From Candidatus Moraniibacteriota bacterium (GTDB taxonomy: Bacteria; Patescibacteriota; Minisyncoccia; Moranbacterales; DUUL01): a DNA stretch of 64,000 nucleotides. Where the stretch lies: NCBI GenBank assembly GCA_041596615.1, contig JBFHIG010000002.1, positions 67,162 to 131,161 on the forward strand, in the 5' to 3' direction. The position numbers and the translations under genes were made by a program. Below the pieces are notes generated by a model. The model saw nothing but the letters and a program-made list of their open reading frames with translations. It had not been told where the DNA came from and did no database searches. Shown one piece after another: positions 38,207-48,330 of this stretch. Position 1 is the first letter of the stretch. Each line of letters opens with the position of its first letter.

Positions 38207-39055
38207 TTATTTAGGAATTCTACCCCCTAGTGAGTTTACTAATAAAATAGCAGCAAAACCATACAATAGGGCAAATTGACAAAAGATAGAGGCGTAATTA
38301 AGCGTAATATTTGGCATAAGAAAAGATAACAGGACAATAGTTCCGCAAGAAGTAGCCAAAACAAGAGTGCTTGTTTGATAGAAAAGTTTTTTTGACTTCT
38401 TAAACAGAAAAGATGAAAGTAACACCAAGACTAAGACACAAACAACAATCAGAGTAAAGGTGTGTATTAATGTAATTTTTTGATTATCTTCAAGTATTGT
38501 TGAAAAAATATAATAAGTTAGTGCTGCTAATATTGCTAAAGGTGCTAACATAATAGCAAGTTTTGTCCTTATCTGCATTTTTTTATAACTTATTTTCTGA
38601 AGAAATAACCGCACACCATAAACCGGATAAAAGAAATAATACGCCCAATAAAGAAGCATTAACAACTTGCTCTGACTGAAAACTAAGTTCTTTACGGTAA
38701 CGTGCAGAGTATTGCAACTCGTGTAATTTATAAAATTTGGGTAAAACAAAGCCAATGATGAAAAAAATGTGGGGATAAAATAAAAATAATTGTTAATTTT
38801 ATTCCCAGAAACATTTACAAAAAAATGATATAGCAGGATAGGCATAAATGTATAGGTTGCGAAACCAATTCTTGCCCAAAAAATTGCATTACTAGACTTA
38901 CATAACATAAACTCGCTAAATTGATAAAGCCCTAGCAATAATACAAAAATTGCCAAGGGATAGAGTCTTCTGTCTTTAATTTTATAGAATAAAGATGTTG
39001 CAATGCCAACCTCCACAGTGGCAGTTGTTATTGAGGCCAAAGGAGTAAAACACAT
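38207..39055 (-). CDS. hypothetical polytopic membrane protein
   Basis: Track ORF of 282 aa with about 8 TM segments and no recognisable motif. Confidence 0.45.
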   Translation of the reverse strand: MCFTPLASITTATVEVGIATSLFYKIKDRRLYPLAIFVLLLGLYQFSEFMLCKSSNAIFWARIGFATYTFMPILLYHFFVNVSGNKINNYFYFIPTFFSSLALFYPNFINYTSCNTLHVTVKNLVFSQSKLLMLLYWAYYFFYPVYGVRLFLQKISYKKMQIRTKLAIMLAPLAILAALTYYIFSTILEDNQKITLIHTFTLIVVCVLVLVLLSSFLFKKSKKLFYQTSTLVLATSCGTIVLLSFLMPNITLNYASIFCQFALLYGFAAILLVNSLGGRIPK

Positions 39056-39286
39056 TTAAAAATAAGTTAATCTTAATGATCTCGAGAAACAAGTAATAAT
39101 AAACTTACTTTATTTTACAACAATTTCATGCAAAACAAAATTTTCTTTTAAACGTCTTAGATACTAGACTTTTAAAATAAAATTTGCTAATCTCTTTTTA
39201 GTTATTTGTTTTTTACTTCAAAAGAAGCTTAAACTTTGTTTGTATGTTTTGGCTATCTTAATTCTACTCATGGAGGAATCTAGACA

Positions 39287-39535
39287 ATGAAAAGGATAAG
39301 TACTGTTTGTTGGGATACAAAGGGTCTTCATAAAATTGATTCTGTACCTAGCCCTGTCGGTAAAAAGTTTTGGATTGCACCTAATGCCGAAAATATCTTA
39401 TGCGTAATGCTTAGAGGCACTTGCGTTGCAATTAAAACAGGAAAAACTGGCCAAAAACATTTTGTTTTTGAATTAATTGACCCAGGTTTGCCAAAAATGC
39501 ATCTTGGTGCTGGCACTTTTGTTTTAATTTGTTGA
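39287..39535 (+). CDS. hypothetical 82-aa protein
   Basis: GGAGGA lies 9 nt upstream of the ATG. A terminator follows. No motif was recognised. Confidence 0.4.
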   Translation: MKRISTVCWDTKGLHKIDSVPSPVGKKFWIAPNAENILCVMLRGTCVAIKTGKTGQKHFVFELIDPGLPKMHLGAGTFVLIC

Positions 39536-39558
39536 AAATAAAATCAGCCAATAAAACA

Positions 39559-39596
39559 AAACTGGATTAGGTTTATAAACCTACTCCAGTTTTTTG
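39559..39596. terminator. bidirectional terminator between the 82-aa gene and uvrB
   Basis: AAACTGGA(T)TAGGTT...AACCTA(C)TCCAGTTT plus TTTTT. Confidence 0.65.
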
Positions 39597-39615
39597 AATT
39601 TTATTTTAGCTAAAA

Positions 39616-41595
39616 TTAGACCTTCAAGACCATTTTTTTAAGCGTGGAGATTTCATCGCGAATCACCGCTGCTCTTTCAAACTCCATCTGTTTTGCTGCT
39701 TCTTTCATTTCAAGAGCTCTCATCTTAATATACTTCTCTATTTCTTTTGGAGATTCAAATCTCAATGCTGGGTCATTAAATTCCTTTTGTTCCCCAGGGT
39801 CGCTTCTACTTATAATTGATTTAATTTCTTTTTGAATTGTTTTTGGAGTAATTTTATGCTTTTTATTAAAAGCTAATTGTTTCGTTCTTCTTCTTTTGGT
39901 TTCATTAATGGCCTTTTCCATTGATTTTGTAATGGAATCAGCATACAAAATAACCTCCCCATTAACATTTCTTGCTGCTCGCCCAATCGTTTGAATAAGA
40001 GAGGTCTCGCTTCTTAGAAAACCTTCTTTGTCTGCATCTAAAATTGCAACAAGTGAAACTTCCGGCAAATCTAGCCCCTCTCTTAACAAGTTAACTCCGA
40101 CCAAGACATCGATTTTACCCAAACGTAATTCTTCTAAAATTCTGATTCTACCTAGTGTGTCCACATCACTGTGTAAATATTCAGACTTCAAACCATCTTC
40201 TTCTTTTAAGTACTCAGCTAAATCTTCTGCCATTTTCTTTGTTAAGGTTGTAATCAAAACTCTCTCATTTTTCAAAGCCCGAGGCTTAATTTCAGTAACC
40301 ACATCCCTGACCTGATTCATGCATGGCCTGATTTCAATTTCAGGATCAACAAGACCCGTGGGTCTGACGATTTGTTCAATGGCCCTTCCTTCAGATTTGT
40401 CGAGTTCATATTGGGCTGGTGTTGCTGACATATAAACCACTTTTTTAACCTTTTTTTCAAATTCTTCAAACCGTAGCGGTCTGTTATCAAAAGCGCTTGG
40501 CAATCTAAAGCCAAAATCAACCAAGTTTTTTTTACGAGAAAAATCTCCTCCATACATAGCTCTAAGTTGAGGAATTGTCACATGAGATTCATCAATAACA
40601 GTCAAGAAGTCTTCGCCAAAGTAATCCATTAACGTATATGGGGACTCTCCCGGCCTTCTTCCGCTTAAATACAAGGAATAATTTTCAATCCCGCTGCAAT
40701 ACCCTATTTCTTCAATCATTTCGGTATCAAAATTTGTTCTTCTCCTGATTCTTTCTGCCTCGACAATCTTGCCTTTTTCCTCAAAAAACTTCACTCTCTC
40801 CTCCATTTCCTGTCGTATTTCTGACACAGATTCTTTCATCACAGAATCTGGTGCCACAAAGTGTTTTGCTGGAAAAACAAACACTATCTGCATATCTTTT
40901 TCAAAAACCTCACCCGTCAAATGGTCATACTCATAAATTTTGATAATTTCGCCATCTTGCAACTCAACACGAATCACAACTTCTTTGTCTGGTCTCATAA
41001 TTTCAAAAATTTCACCATGCAAACGAAATTTTCCTCTAAGCAAAACGTCGCTTCTTGAATATTGTAAATCGACCAATCTTTTTAGAATTTCCCTTCTATC
41101 GATTTTTTGTCCTTTACTTAAAGTTATAATCTTTTGCTCATAAAATTCCGGGGAGCCTAGGCCATAAATACAAGAAACGCTGGCCACCACAATAACATCT
41201 TTACGAGATATCAGTGATGCGGTCGCTGAATGCCTCAATTTATCAATTTCTTCATTGATTTCCAAATCCTTTTCGATAAAGACATCTTGTGCTGGCATAT
41301 ATGCTTCTGGCTGGTAATAATCATAGTAAGAAACAAAATATTCCACAGCATTTTTAGGAAAAAACTGACGAAATTCACTCGCTAGTTGTGCGGCCAGTGT
41401 TTTATTGTGCGCAATAACTAGTGTTGGTTTTTGAACTTTTTCAATTAAATTAGCAATCGTAAAGGTTTTCCCCGAACCAGTCACTCCCACTAGTGTTTGA
41501 TTCTTTTTCCCACTAGCAAACCCCCTTACCAGTCTCTCTATTGCTGCTGGCTGGTCTCCTGCTGGTTTGTAATTTGAAAATAGTTTAAATTTCAT
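39616..41595 (-). CDS. uvrB: excinuclease ABC subunit B
   Basis: [19 protein letters not shown] start (ATG 41595; the track ORF extends to 41634). [10 protein letters not shown]. Helicase motifs. C-terminal UVR domain [12 protein letters not shown]. Confidence 0.95.
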   Translation of the reverse strand: MKFKLFSNYKPAGDQPAAIERLVRGFASGKKNQTLVGVTGSGKTFTIANLIEKVQKPTLVIAHNKTLAAQLASEFRQFFPKNAVEYFVSYYDYYQPEAYMPAQDVFIEKDLEINEEIDKLRHSATASLISRKDVIVVASVSCIYGLGSPEFYEQKIITLSKGQKIDRREILKRLVDLQYSRSDVLLRGKFRLHGEIFEIMRPDKEVVIRVELQDGEIIKIYEYDHLTGEVFEKDMQIVFVFPAKHFVAPDSVMKESVSEIRQEMEERVKFFEEKGKIVEAERIRRRTNFDTEMIEEIGYCSGIENYSLYLSGRRPGESPYTLMDYFGEDFLTVIDESHVTIPQLRAMYGGDFSRKKNLVDFGFRLPSAFDNRPLRFEEFEKKVKKVVYMSATPAQYELDKSEGRAIEQIVRPTGLVDPEIEIRPCMNQVRDVVTEIKPRALKNERVLITTLTKKMAEDLAEYLKEEDGLKSEYLHSDVDTLGRIRILEELRLGKIDVLVGVNLLREGLDLPEVSLVAILDADKEGFLRSETSLIQTIGRAARNVNGEVILYADSITKSMEKAINETKRRRTKQLAFNKKHKITPKTIQKEIKSIISRSDPGEQKEFNDPALRFESPKEIEKYIKMRALEMKEAAKQMEFERAAVIRDEISTLKKMVLKV

Positions 41596-41746
41596 TGATT
41601 TTATAGCTTTTTTTGTCCCCTTACTGTAATACAAAAAGAGATTTACGTCAATTGACTTTTTAGGTTTTTTTTGCTAAAGTCTAGATTGTTAAGAGTTGAT
41701 TTATATTGAAATTAGATTCTCAAAAAACCATTTTAAAACCGTATAA

Positions 41747-42103
41747 ATGTCTTTTTTAAAAAAAGTTTCATTTCTTATCATTAGTAATGCCATAGCAATA
41801 TATGTTGCGGCATGGCTTATTTCTGGAATCACCTTTGAGGTCTCATTTTCAAACCTAATAAAAGCTGGGGCATTGATGGGCCTTGTAAATTCATTGATAA
41901 AGCCAGTTTTAAAAATTCTCTCCTTGCCTTTAATTCTCTTTTCTTTAGGAACTTTTATTGTTTTTATCAATATTGGTTTACTATACTTTGTTGCTAGTGC
42001 TTTTGATTTTTTTACAATCGACAATTTCTGGTCTGCTCTTTGGGGAGTTTTTATTATCAGTTTAGTAAATTATGTCATTGCAACATTATCAGATGAAGAA
42101 TAA
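41747..42103 (+). CDS. phage-holin-family-4 / DUF360 (YvlD-like) membrane protein
   Basis: 118 aa with 4 TM segments. Pattern ALMGLVNSLIKPVLKILSLPLILFSLGTF. Confidence 0.6.
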   Translation: MSFLKKVSFLIISNAIAIYVAAWLISGITFEVSFSNLIKAGALMGLVNSLIKPVLKILSLPLILFSLGTFIVFINIGLLYFVASAFDFFTIDNFWSALWGVFIISLVNYVIATLSDEE

Positions 42104-42122
42104 CTAATTATAAAATATCCGA

Positions 42123-42350
42123 ATGGAAAATTTTCTTACCTACAGTCAACTTGTAATCTCTGTCTTGCTTATAATTTCAGTGCTTTTGCAAAACCGTGGA
42201 TCAGGTCTTTCTGCTGCATTCGGAGGAGATTTCAGTGGTTTTCATACTAAAAGAGGAATTGAAAAATTTCTTTTCATCTCCTCAAGCATTCTTGGAACGC
42301 TATTTATTGTTAACGCACTTATAACAATAATTATCTCCTCAAGAGGATAG
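42123..42350 (+). CDS. secG: preprotein translocase subunit SecG
   Basis: 75 aa. VLLIISVLLQNRGSGLSAAFGG signature and a second TM helix. Confidence 0.75.
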   Translation: MENFLTYSQLVISVLLIISVLLQNRGSGLSAAFGGDFSGFHTKRGIEKFLFISSSILGTLFIVNALITIIISSRG

Positions 42351-42451
42351 CTATTTTCTCTATACTTTGTTTACGTTTTGTTGGCAAAGAGGCTATTGAA
42401 GAGATGATTTTCAAAACCTTCAATCAGTCTTTAACACATTAACTAATACTA

Positions 42452-44167
42452 ATGTCGAAGCAGTTAAGGTTCTCCTTTCCAAACCAATTGAAAAATTTTG
42501 GCTCCGTACTCTCTAAAAAAGAAAAGTTTTTTCTATATTTAGCGGTTTTTATTTTGATTGTTTCTCTTTTGGCTTGGGCTATAAAATTTTACATTTCTTC
42601 CACCGAAGAAGTCCCCGCAATAGGTGGTGAATATACAGAAGGCATAATTGGACAACCAAGTTATATAAACCCTGTTTTAGCACCTACAAGCGAAACTGAC
42701 CTAGCCATTTCAAGACTAGTTTTTTCATCTTTAATGACTTATGACACCCACGGCGCATTAAAAAAAGACATTACTGAAGATTACAGGATTGAAGATGATG
42801 GCAAGAAATATATATTCACAATCAAAAAAGGCGTCAAATGGCATGACGATACAGAATTAACTGCCCAGGATATTGCTTTTACAATTGAAATCATCAAAAA
42901 CAAACTATTTAATGCGCCTCTTATCTTACGTGCTGACTGGCAAGACATTTCTGTCAATGTTGAAGATGATTACAATATCTCATTTTCTTTACAAGAACCG
43001 AATATTACCTTCTTAAACAAAACAACTTTTGGAATCTTACCTCAACATATTTTCAAAAATATAACGAGTGACAAATTCCGTCTTAGTGATTTCAACTTAA
43101 AACCTGTTGGATCAGGGCCCTTTGTTTTTTCCAATTATGAACAAGATGATGAGGGGAATATTGTTTCCTATCAGCTTCTAGCAAATTCAAATTACCACAC
43201 CAAAAGACCTTACCTCGAAAAAATAAACTTTGATTTCTATGCTGACAAAGAGAGTCTCTACGAAGCATACAAAAAAAAGGAGGTCAATGGATTAACCGCT
43301 TTGCCTTATGAAGAAATAACCAACTTCTCAGAAAGAAGCGATACTACACTTCACACCCTAAAAACCTCACAATATTTTGCAACCTATTTCAATCAAATGA
43401 AATCTGTTCCCCTAGCTGACATTGAGGTTCGTAAAGCCCTGATTTATGCAACGAATAGACAAGAAATTATCGATGGCTTTTTCTTGGGACATGCCTCTCC
43501 TGTTTTTTCTCCCATCATTCCTGATTTCGGAGATTTTACAACAACCCAATCAGAAACCTATGCTTTTGATCAATCTAAGGCGGAGGAGCTTTTGGAGAAT
43601 GCTGGGTGGAAAAAACAAGAAGATGGTACCAGAAAGAAAGGTGATGAGGTACTTAATGTTGTCCTCACAGTATATGCAGATTACCCATCTTATACAAAAA
43701 TCGCTGAATCACTAAAATCTCAGTGGGAAAAAGTTGGAGTTCAAACAGAACTTTCTTTTCTTGAAGAACTTGCTTTCCAAAATGCCATTGAACCTAGAGA
43801 ATATCAATCTGTACTATACGGGCAACCCTATATTGGGAATGATCCAGACCCTTTCTTCTTCTGGCATTCTTCAAGAAAAAAACATCCTGGACAAAATTTT
43901 GCTTTATATGAGAATGAGGCTGTCGATAAGATTTTAAGCGATGCAAGAGGAAATATTTCACTAGAAGAAAGACAGTCTAAATATGCTGAGTTTGAGGAAA
44001 AACTGCTAAACGATGCACCAGCACTGTTTATTTGTAGCCCAGAATTTGTATACATCACTAATTCAAAAATAAAAGGTGATGAAACTTCAGCTATAGTCAA
44101 TCTCTCTTATAGATTTTCAGATATCACCAGTTGGTACATCAAGACAGTAAGAGAAAAAAGGAAATAA
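42452..44167 (+). CDS. ABC transporter substrate-binding protein, family 5 (peptide/nickel type), membrane-anchored
   Basis: 571 aa. N-terminal anchor. SBP_bac_5-like segments (KKGVKWHDDTELTAQDIAFT, PVGSGPFVF, KALIYATNRQEII). Confidence 0.75.
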   Translation: MSKQLRFSFPNQLKNFGSVLSKKEKFFLYLAVFILIVSLLAWAIKFYISSTEEVPAIGGEYTEGIIGQPSYINPVLAPTSETDLAISRLVFSSLMTYDTHGALKKDITEDYRIEDDGKKYIFTIKKGVKWHDDTELTAQDIAFTIEIIKNKLFNAPLILRADWQDISVNVEDDYNISFSLQEPNITFLNKTTFGILPQHIFKNITSDKFRLSDFNLKPVGSGPFVFSNYEQDDEGNIVSYQLLANSNYHTKRPYLEKINFDFYADKESLYEAYKKKEVNGLTALPYEEITNFSERSDTTLHTLKTSQYFATYFNQMKSVPLADIEVRKALIYATNRQEIIDGFFLGHASPVFSPIIPDFGDFTTTQSETYAFDQSKAEELLENAGWKKQEDGTRKKGDEVLNVVLTVYADYPSYTKIAESLKSQWEKVGVQTELSFLEELAFQNAIEPREYQSVLYGQPYIGNDPDPFFFWHSSRKKHPGQNFALYENEAVDKILSDARGNISLEERQSKYAEFEEKLLNDAPALFICSPEFVYITNSKIKGDETSAIVNLSYRFSDITSWYIKTVREKRK

Positions 44168-44218
44168 AATAGAAATATTAATATACTCATTCGAATATAA
44201 AAAATTAAATTAAGCTAA

Positions 44219-45220
44219 ATGCAAAACGAAATTCTCGACAAATACAATATGCGTCAATTGATCATTGACTACCCAAACCAAATGGATTTGGGGAAGAAGT
44301 TTGTTGAAAAAGTTGATCTTACTAAATTAGCGAAGAAATATTCCAATCTAATCATCTGCGGCATGGGTGGGTCTGGTCATCCAGGGGAACTCCTGGATGA
44401 GTTTCTAAACTCAGAAGACAGGAGGTTTAACTTGCCAATTTCCATTGAAAGAAGTTACAACCTCCCGAAACTTGCAAGTAAAAATTCTTTGATTTTTATT
44501 TCCTCTTATTCCGGAAATACCGAGGAAACAATTTCCTGTTTTGAGGAAGCTTTGAAACTCGGGGCTACCATAGTTTCTTTTGCTTCAGGAGGGAAAGTTG
44601 AGGAAATTTCAAAGAAAAATTCTATTCCTTTTGTAAAATATGTAATGGGATTTGCGGGCTTTCAGCCTCGTTACGCTCTCACTTATGCCTTAGTTGCAAT
44701 GAATGAAGTCTTGACAAAACTTGGTCTATCTGATACAGTAAAGAATCTTCCATTATTAAATAGTAGGGATCTTGAGATATCAGGAGAGGAAATAGCGCAA
44801 AGATTAAAAGGAAAAACTCCCCTTATCTATGCCTCTAACCGCTTCAAGATTGGAGCAAAAATGCTCAAAATAAAAATCAACGAGAACTCAAAAACTCCCG
44901 CTTTTTGGAATTATTTTCCAGAGCTAAGTCACAATGAAATGGTTGGATTTACAAATCCACAAGCTAATTTCTATGTGTTGATGTTTGAAGACGAAGATGA
45001 CCATCCTCAAATCAAAAAAAGATTCTCTATCACTAAAGCGTTATATGAACAAAAAGGTTTAGAGGTTGAGATAATTAAGATTGAGGGAAAGACTTACCTT
45101 GAAAAAATACTCAACATCTTCATTCTTGGTGATTGGATATCTTACTATCTAGCGTATGAATATGGACAGGACCCAACGCCTGTAGACATGGTGGAGGACT
45201 TGAAAAAGATGTTGGGGTAA
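44219..45220 (+). CDS. bifunctional phosphoglucose/phosphomannose isomerase family (SIS domains)
   Basis: LIICGMGGSGHPGELL, ISSYSGNTEET, C-terminal GDWISYYLAYEYGQDPTPVDMVEDLK. Confidence 0.75.
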   Translation: MQNEILDKYNMRQLIIDYPNQMDLGKKFVEKVDLTKLAKKYSNLIICGMGGSGHPGELLDEFLNSEDRRFNLPISIERSYNLPKLASKNSLIFISSYSGNTEETISCFEEALKLGATIVSFASGGKVEEISKKNSIPFVKYVMGFAGFQPRYALTYALVAMNEVLTKLGLSDTVKNLPLLNSRDLEISGEEIAQRLKGKTPLIYASNRFKIGAKMLKIKINENSKTPAFWNYFPELSHNEMVGFTNPQANFYVLMFEDEDDHPQIKKRFSITKALYEQKGLEVEIIKIEGKTYLEKILNIFILGDWISYYLAYEYGQDPTPVDMVEDLKKMLG

Positions 45221-45580
45221 AAACTTATTTTATAGATTTTGAGTAGCAAATTGTGTTTTCTTATGTTTTAGACACAGTTTGTCTCTCAAAGTTTTACAAA
45301 AAACAAAAGTTTGTGACAACACGCTAAAACAAGAGCAAAAGTCATGCAAAGAACTTTTCGTATTCAATTTGTCGAAATTGAGCTTTTTCTGTAGATCTTT
45401 CGAAAGCTACTGAACATTACTTATGTTTGTTCAGAAAAAATAAAACTTTATTATAGTTTTCAATTCTCAAACGAGAAAACTTTGTGCGGTCTTTATGGCT
45501 TCACAAAAACACACTTTAACTGTGAACTGTTAATGTGTATCTAAAATCTTAATTCACAATTTATTTATAATTAGTATAAA

Positions 45581-47398
45581 ATGAACACTAGAAAAACAAC
45601 TGAGAGAAGGGATTCTTCCGCTCCTCAAGTTAATAACAAAAAAAGACCTACAAACACAAATAGAAGGCAAGGAAGAAACACAAATGTTCCAAGAAGGGCA
45701 GCCACTGGGATCGTTGCGACTCCCCATTCAAAAAAACACCTTAGAATTATTCCTGTTGGTGGATTTGATGAAATTGGTAGAAATATGACAATTTTTGAAT
45801 ATGGGGACGATATCATTATTGTAGACATGGGCCTTATGTTTCCAGAGGAAGACATGATGGGAATAGACTATATTATTCCTAACATTGATTATCTAAAGAA
45901 GAACCAGAAAAAAATACGTGGTGTAATTATCACACATGGACATTTCGACCATATCGGAGCAATTCCACACATTATGCCTGAAATTGGAAACCCTCCAATC
46001 TACACGGCTGAACTAACAAGGGCAATGATTCTAAAAAGACAAGAGGATTATAAGCAACATGCACCTTTAAATGTCAAAACTGTAAGAAAAATTGATCGTC
46101 TAGTCCTAGGGGAGTTTAGAATTGAGTTTTTTCATGTTAATCACTCAATTCCAGATGCAATAGGTCTTGCCATCCACACTCCCTGTGGTACAGCAATTCA
46201 CACAGGGGACTTCAAATTTGATCACTCTCCCGCCAATGATGCGCCAGCTGACATTGCAAAGATTGCAAGGTTGGGTTCTGAAGGTGTTTTAGCTCTATTT
46301 TCAGATAGCACCGATTCTACCAAGGAGGGTTACAGCGTTTCAGAATCTGTAATCAAAAAAGGAATTGAAGAAATTTTTGAAAAGGCAAAAGGACGTATTA
46401 TTGTTGCGACTTTTTCATCATTAGTTAGCCGTATTCAGCAAATTGCTGAGGTTGCTGAACAATTTGGCAGAAAACTTGCTGTGGACGGTTATTCCATGAA
46501 AAATAATGTTACAATTGCGAAAGAGCTTGGTTATATTAATGCCAAAGATTCAACTTTTATTGATATTAAGCAGGTGAAGAACTATCCTGATAATAAGGTA
46601 GCTATTCTATGTACTGGTGCTCAGGGAGAAGGAAATGCTGTTCTGATGAGAATTATTAATAGTGAACATCGTTTTGTACGAGTGCAAAAAGGTGACACCG
46701 TTGTATTTTCATCTTCTGTAATTCCCGGAAACGAAAGAACTATTCAGGGCATGAAAGACACCTTGTATAAAAAAGGAGCTGAGGTAATGCATTATAAAAT
46801 GATGGATATCCATTCCGGTGGACATGGCGCACAAGAAGATCTAAAAATGATGATCAACCTTGTGAGGCCGAAATATCTGGTACCAGCTCACGGAACTTAC
46901 TACATGCGTAAAATTCATGGTGAACTTGGAAAAACAATGCGAATGACTGATGACAAAATTATCTTAGGAGAAAATGGACTTGTACTCGAATTTGACGAAC
47001 ACGGCAATCGAGTTCCAACTCAAGAAAAAATTCCAAGCTCTTATGTGATGGTTGATGGCTTAGGGGTTGGAGATGTGGGGAATGTAGTTCTGCGCGATCG
47101 ACAACTCTTGGCTGAGGACGGAATGTTCACTATTGTAACAATCATCGAAAAGAAAACTGGCGAGGTTATCGGAGAGCCACAGGTTACCTCCAGGGGCTTT
47201 ATCTACGTCAAAGAAAATTTTGATCTTGTGAACACTACCAAAAAAAGAGTGAAGGCAATCATAACTAAATCTACTTCAAAAGAAGGTTCTCCCAATTGGG
47301 ATTATATCAAAAATAGCATCCGCGATGATTTGGGACAATTCTTGTTCCAAAAAACTCAACGAAGACCAATGATTCTTCCAGTTATTATAGAAGTTTAG
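45581..47398 (+). CDS. rnj: ribonuclease J (beta-CASP metallo-beta-lactamase)
   Basis: ITHGHFDHIGA, HTGDFKFD, a basic N-terminal extension, and a C-terminal domain. Confidence 0.92.
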   Translation: MNTRKTTERRDSSAPQVNNKKRPTNTNRRQGRNTNVPRRAATGIVATPHSKKHLRIIPVGGFDEIGRNMTIFEYGDDIIIVDMGLMFPEEDMMGIDYIIPNIDYLKKNQKKIRGVIITHGHFDHIGAIPHIMPEIGNPPIYTAELTRAMILKRQEDYKQHAPLNVKTVRKIDRLVLGEFRIEFFHVNHSIPDAIGLAIHTPCGTAIHTGDFKFDHSPANDAPADIAKIARLGSEGVLALFSDSTDSTKEGYSVSESVIKKGIEEIFEKAKGRIIVATFSSLVSRIQQIAEVAEQFGRKLAVDGYSMKNNVTIAKELGYINAKDSTFIDIKQVKNYPDNKVAILCTGAQGEGNAVLMRIINSEHRFVRVQKGDTVVFSSSVIPGNERTIQGMKDTLYKKGAEVMHYKMMDIHSGGHGAQEDLKMMINLVRPKYLVPAHGTYYMRKIHGELGKTMRMTDDKIILGENGLVLEFDEHGNRVPTQEKIPSSYVMVDGLGVGDVGNVVLRDRQLLAEDGMFTIVTIIEKKTGEVIGEPQVTSRGFIYVKENFDLVNTTKKRVKAIITKSTSKEGSPNWDYIKNSIRDDLGQFLFQKTQRRPMILPVIIEV

Positions 47399-47420
47399 TC
47401 TTAGTTTCTGCAAATAAAAA

Positions 47421-47450
47421 ACACCGACTCGAAAGGGTTGGTGTTTTTTG
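47421..47450 (+). terminator. intrinsic terminator of rnj
   Basis: ACACCGAC...GTTGGTGT plus TTTTTT. Confidence 0.65.
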
Positions 47451-47544
47451 AACGCATAAAAAGCTTGCAACTAGATAGTCTTCTTTTTTCTTCTAGACCA
47501 ATAAAATTAACAAAAGTTGGACTAGTGCTAAAATTAAAAATAAA

Positions 47545-47652
47545 GCCGGGGAAAGTGCGAGACGCTCACCTCTTCAAGATGAATACCCTTTTAAACTTAT
47601 AAGTCAGGTCATTGAAATGAGCGTGCTGAGTTATTCCCAGTTTGCTTTTTTT
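47545..47652 (+). ncRNA. candidate small RNA: ~90-nt imperfect extended hairpin followed by a T-run
   Basis: GGGGAAAGTGCGAGACGCTCA (47548-47568) pairs imperfectly with TGAGCGTGCTGAGTTATTCCC (47618-47638). Inner helices are TTCAA(GA)TGA/TCATTGAA and ACC/GGT. The apical palindrome is ACTTATAAGT. It is followed by TTTGCTTTTTTT. The class is unknown and the strand is inferred only from the T-run. Confidence 0.35.
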
Positions 47653-47674
47653 ATTAATTTTTGAAACATTAAAA

Positions 47675-47697
47675 CACCCTTTAGGGTGCTTTTTTAT
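47675..47697. terminator. short GC hairpin terminator at the end of the tRNA operon
   Basis: CACCC-ttta-GGGTG, with T-runs on both strands. Confidence 0.5.
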
Positions 47698-47773
<76 letters not shown>

Positions 47774-47817
47774 ATTTTAAATTTTAACCGTTTTTGAAAA
47801 TATACCAAACCATTGTG

Positions 47818-47866
47818 TTCCTCGGACCCTGCCCGGCTAACTAGCGGGAACCCAAGCTACGTAGGC
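47818..47866 (-). other. exact 12-nt copy of the tRNA-Thr(UGU) 5' end fused to a GC-rich hairpin region
   Basis: Minus strand reads GCCTACGTAGCT (47866-47855; identical to 47773-47762), followed by TGGGTTCCCGCTAGTTAGCCGGGCAGGGTCCGAGGAAC. Confidence 0.6.
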
Positions 47867-47982
47867 GTTATTTAATTTCGAATTTCCAATTTTGAATTTT
47901 GAATGAATTTTCTAATGACTCAATGTTTTAAAAGAGCTATGTTTTGTTTGAAAATTCTTAATTCTTAATTGCAGTGTCTCTG

Positions 47983-48065
47983 TGGGCCGGGAGAGATTTG
48001 AACTCCCGTAGGCTTTCGCCGCCTGATTTACAGTCAGGTGCATTTGACCACTCTGCCACCGACCC
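47983..48065 (-). tRNA. tRNA-Tyr (anticodon GUA), class II long variable arm
   Basis: Reverse complement: GGGTCGG TG GCAG AGTGGTCAAAT GCAC CTGA CTGTAAA TCAG G CGGCGAAAGCCTAC GGGAG TTCAAAT CTCTC CCGGCCC A. The anticodon loop CTGTAAA gives GTA. Confidence 0.88.
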
Positions 48066-48110
48066 ATGCATAATTCTTGTTGATTTTCAAGACTTTTCTG
48101 TCTACTTGAA

Positions 48111-48165
48111 ATGGACCACTTCCGCCCTAGGCGGACCATCCTTGGGTTGGCTACCACCGACCCAT
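48111..48165 (-). other. exact 12-nt copy of the tRNA-Tyr 5' end (with 2 nt of 5' flank) forming an acceptor-stem-like minihelix, plus a GC hairpin
   Basis: Minus strand reads ATGGGTCGGTGG (48165-48154; identical to 48067-48056). GGGTCGG-tggtag-CCAACCC forms a 7-bp minihelix with one C-A mismatch. Then ATGG...CCGCC-tag-GGCGG...CCAT. Confidence 0.6.
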
Positions 48166-48194
48166 CAATTCATTCTATAAACTTCTAATTTGTG

Positions 48195-48267
48195 AGCCGA
48201 TGCGCGGATTTGAACCGCGGACTTATTCCTTACCATGGAATTACTCTACCAACTGAGTTACATCGGC
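48195..48267 (-). tRNA. tRNA-Thr (anticodon GGU)
   Basis: Reverse complement: GCCGATG TA ACTC AGTTGGTA GAGT A ATTCC ATGGTAA GGAAT AAGTC CGCGG TTCAAAT CCGCG CATCGGC T. Confidence 0.92.
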
Positions 48268-48268
48268 A

Positions 48269-48297
48269 ATTATATTTCAAATCAAAAAAAAAGTCAA
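48269..48297 (-). promoter_or_regulatory. near-consensus promoter (TTGACT, 17-nt spacer, TATAAT) abutting the first tRNA
   Basis: Minus strand has TTGACT at 48297-48292 and TATAAT at 48274-48269. The -10 hexamer ends only 1 nt before tRNA position +1, so the geometry is odd. Confidence 0.35.
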
Positions 48298-48330
48298 CGC
48301 CCATAAGCGAACTTTTTTCCAATTTTACAG

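Noticed and set aside
47600-47630. GUCAGGUC...GAAA...GAGCG resembles the SRP RNA helix-8 region.
   Set aside because: The motif lies on the 3' side of the hairpin apex instead of the 5' side. The conserved GGAA tetraloop closure and the AGCA symmetric loop are missing.
48262-48297. TTGACT, 17 nt, TATAAT ending 1 nt before tRNA-Thr(GGU) position 1. I considered leaderless tRNA transcription.
   Set aside because: Standard spacing would put the start site about 5-6 nt inside the acceptor stem, which would yield a truncated tRNA. It is kept as a low-confidence promoter feature, but I do not claim leaderless tRNA synthesis. Similar A/T hexamers next to the other tRNAs may simply reflect AT-rich spacers.
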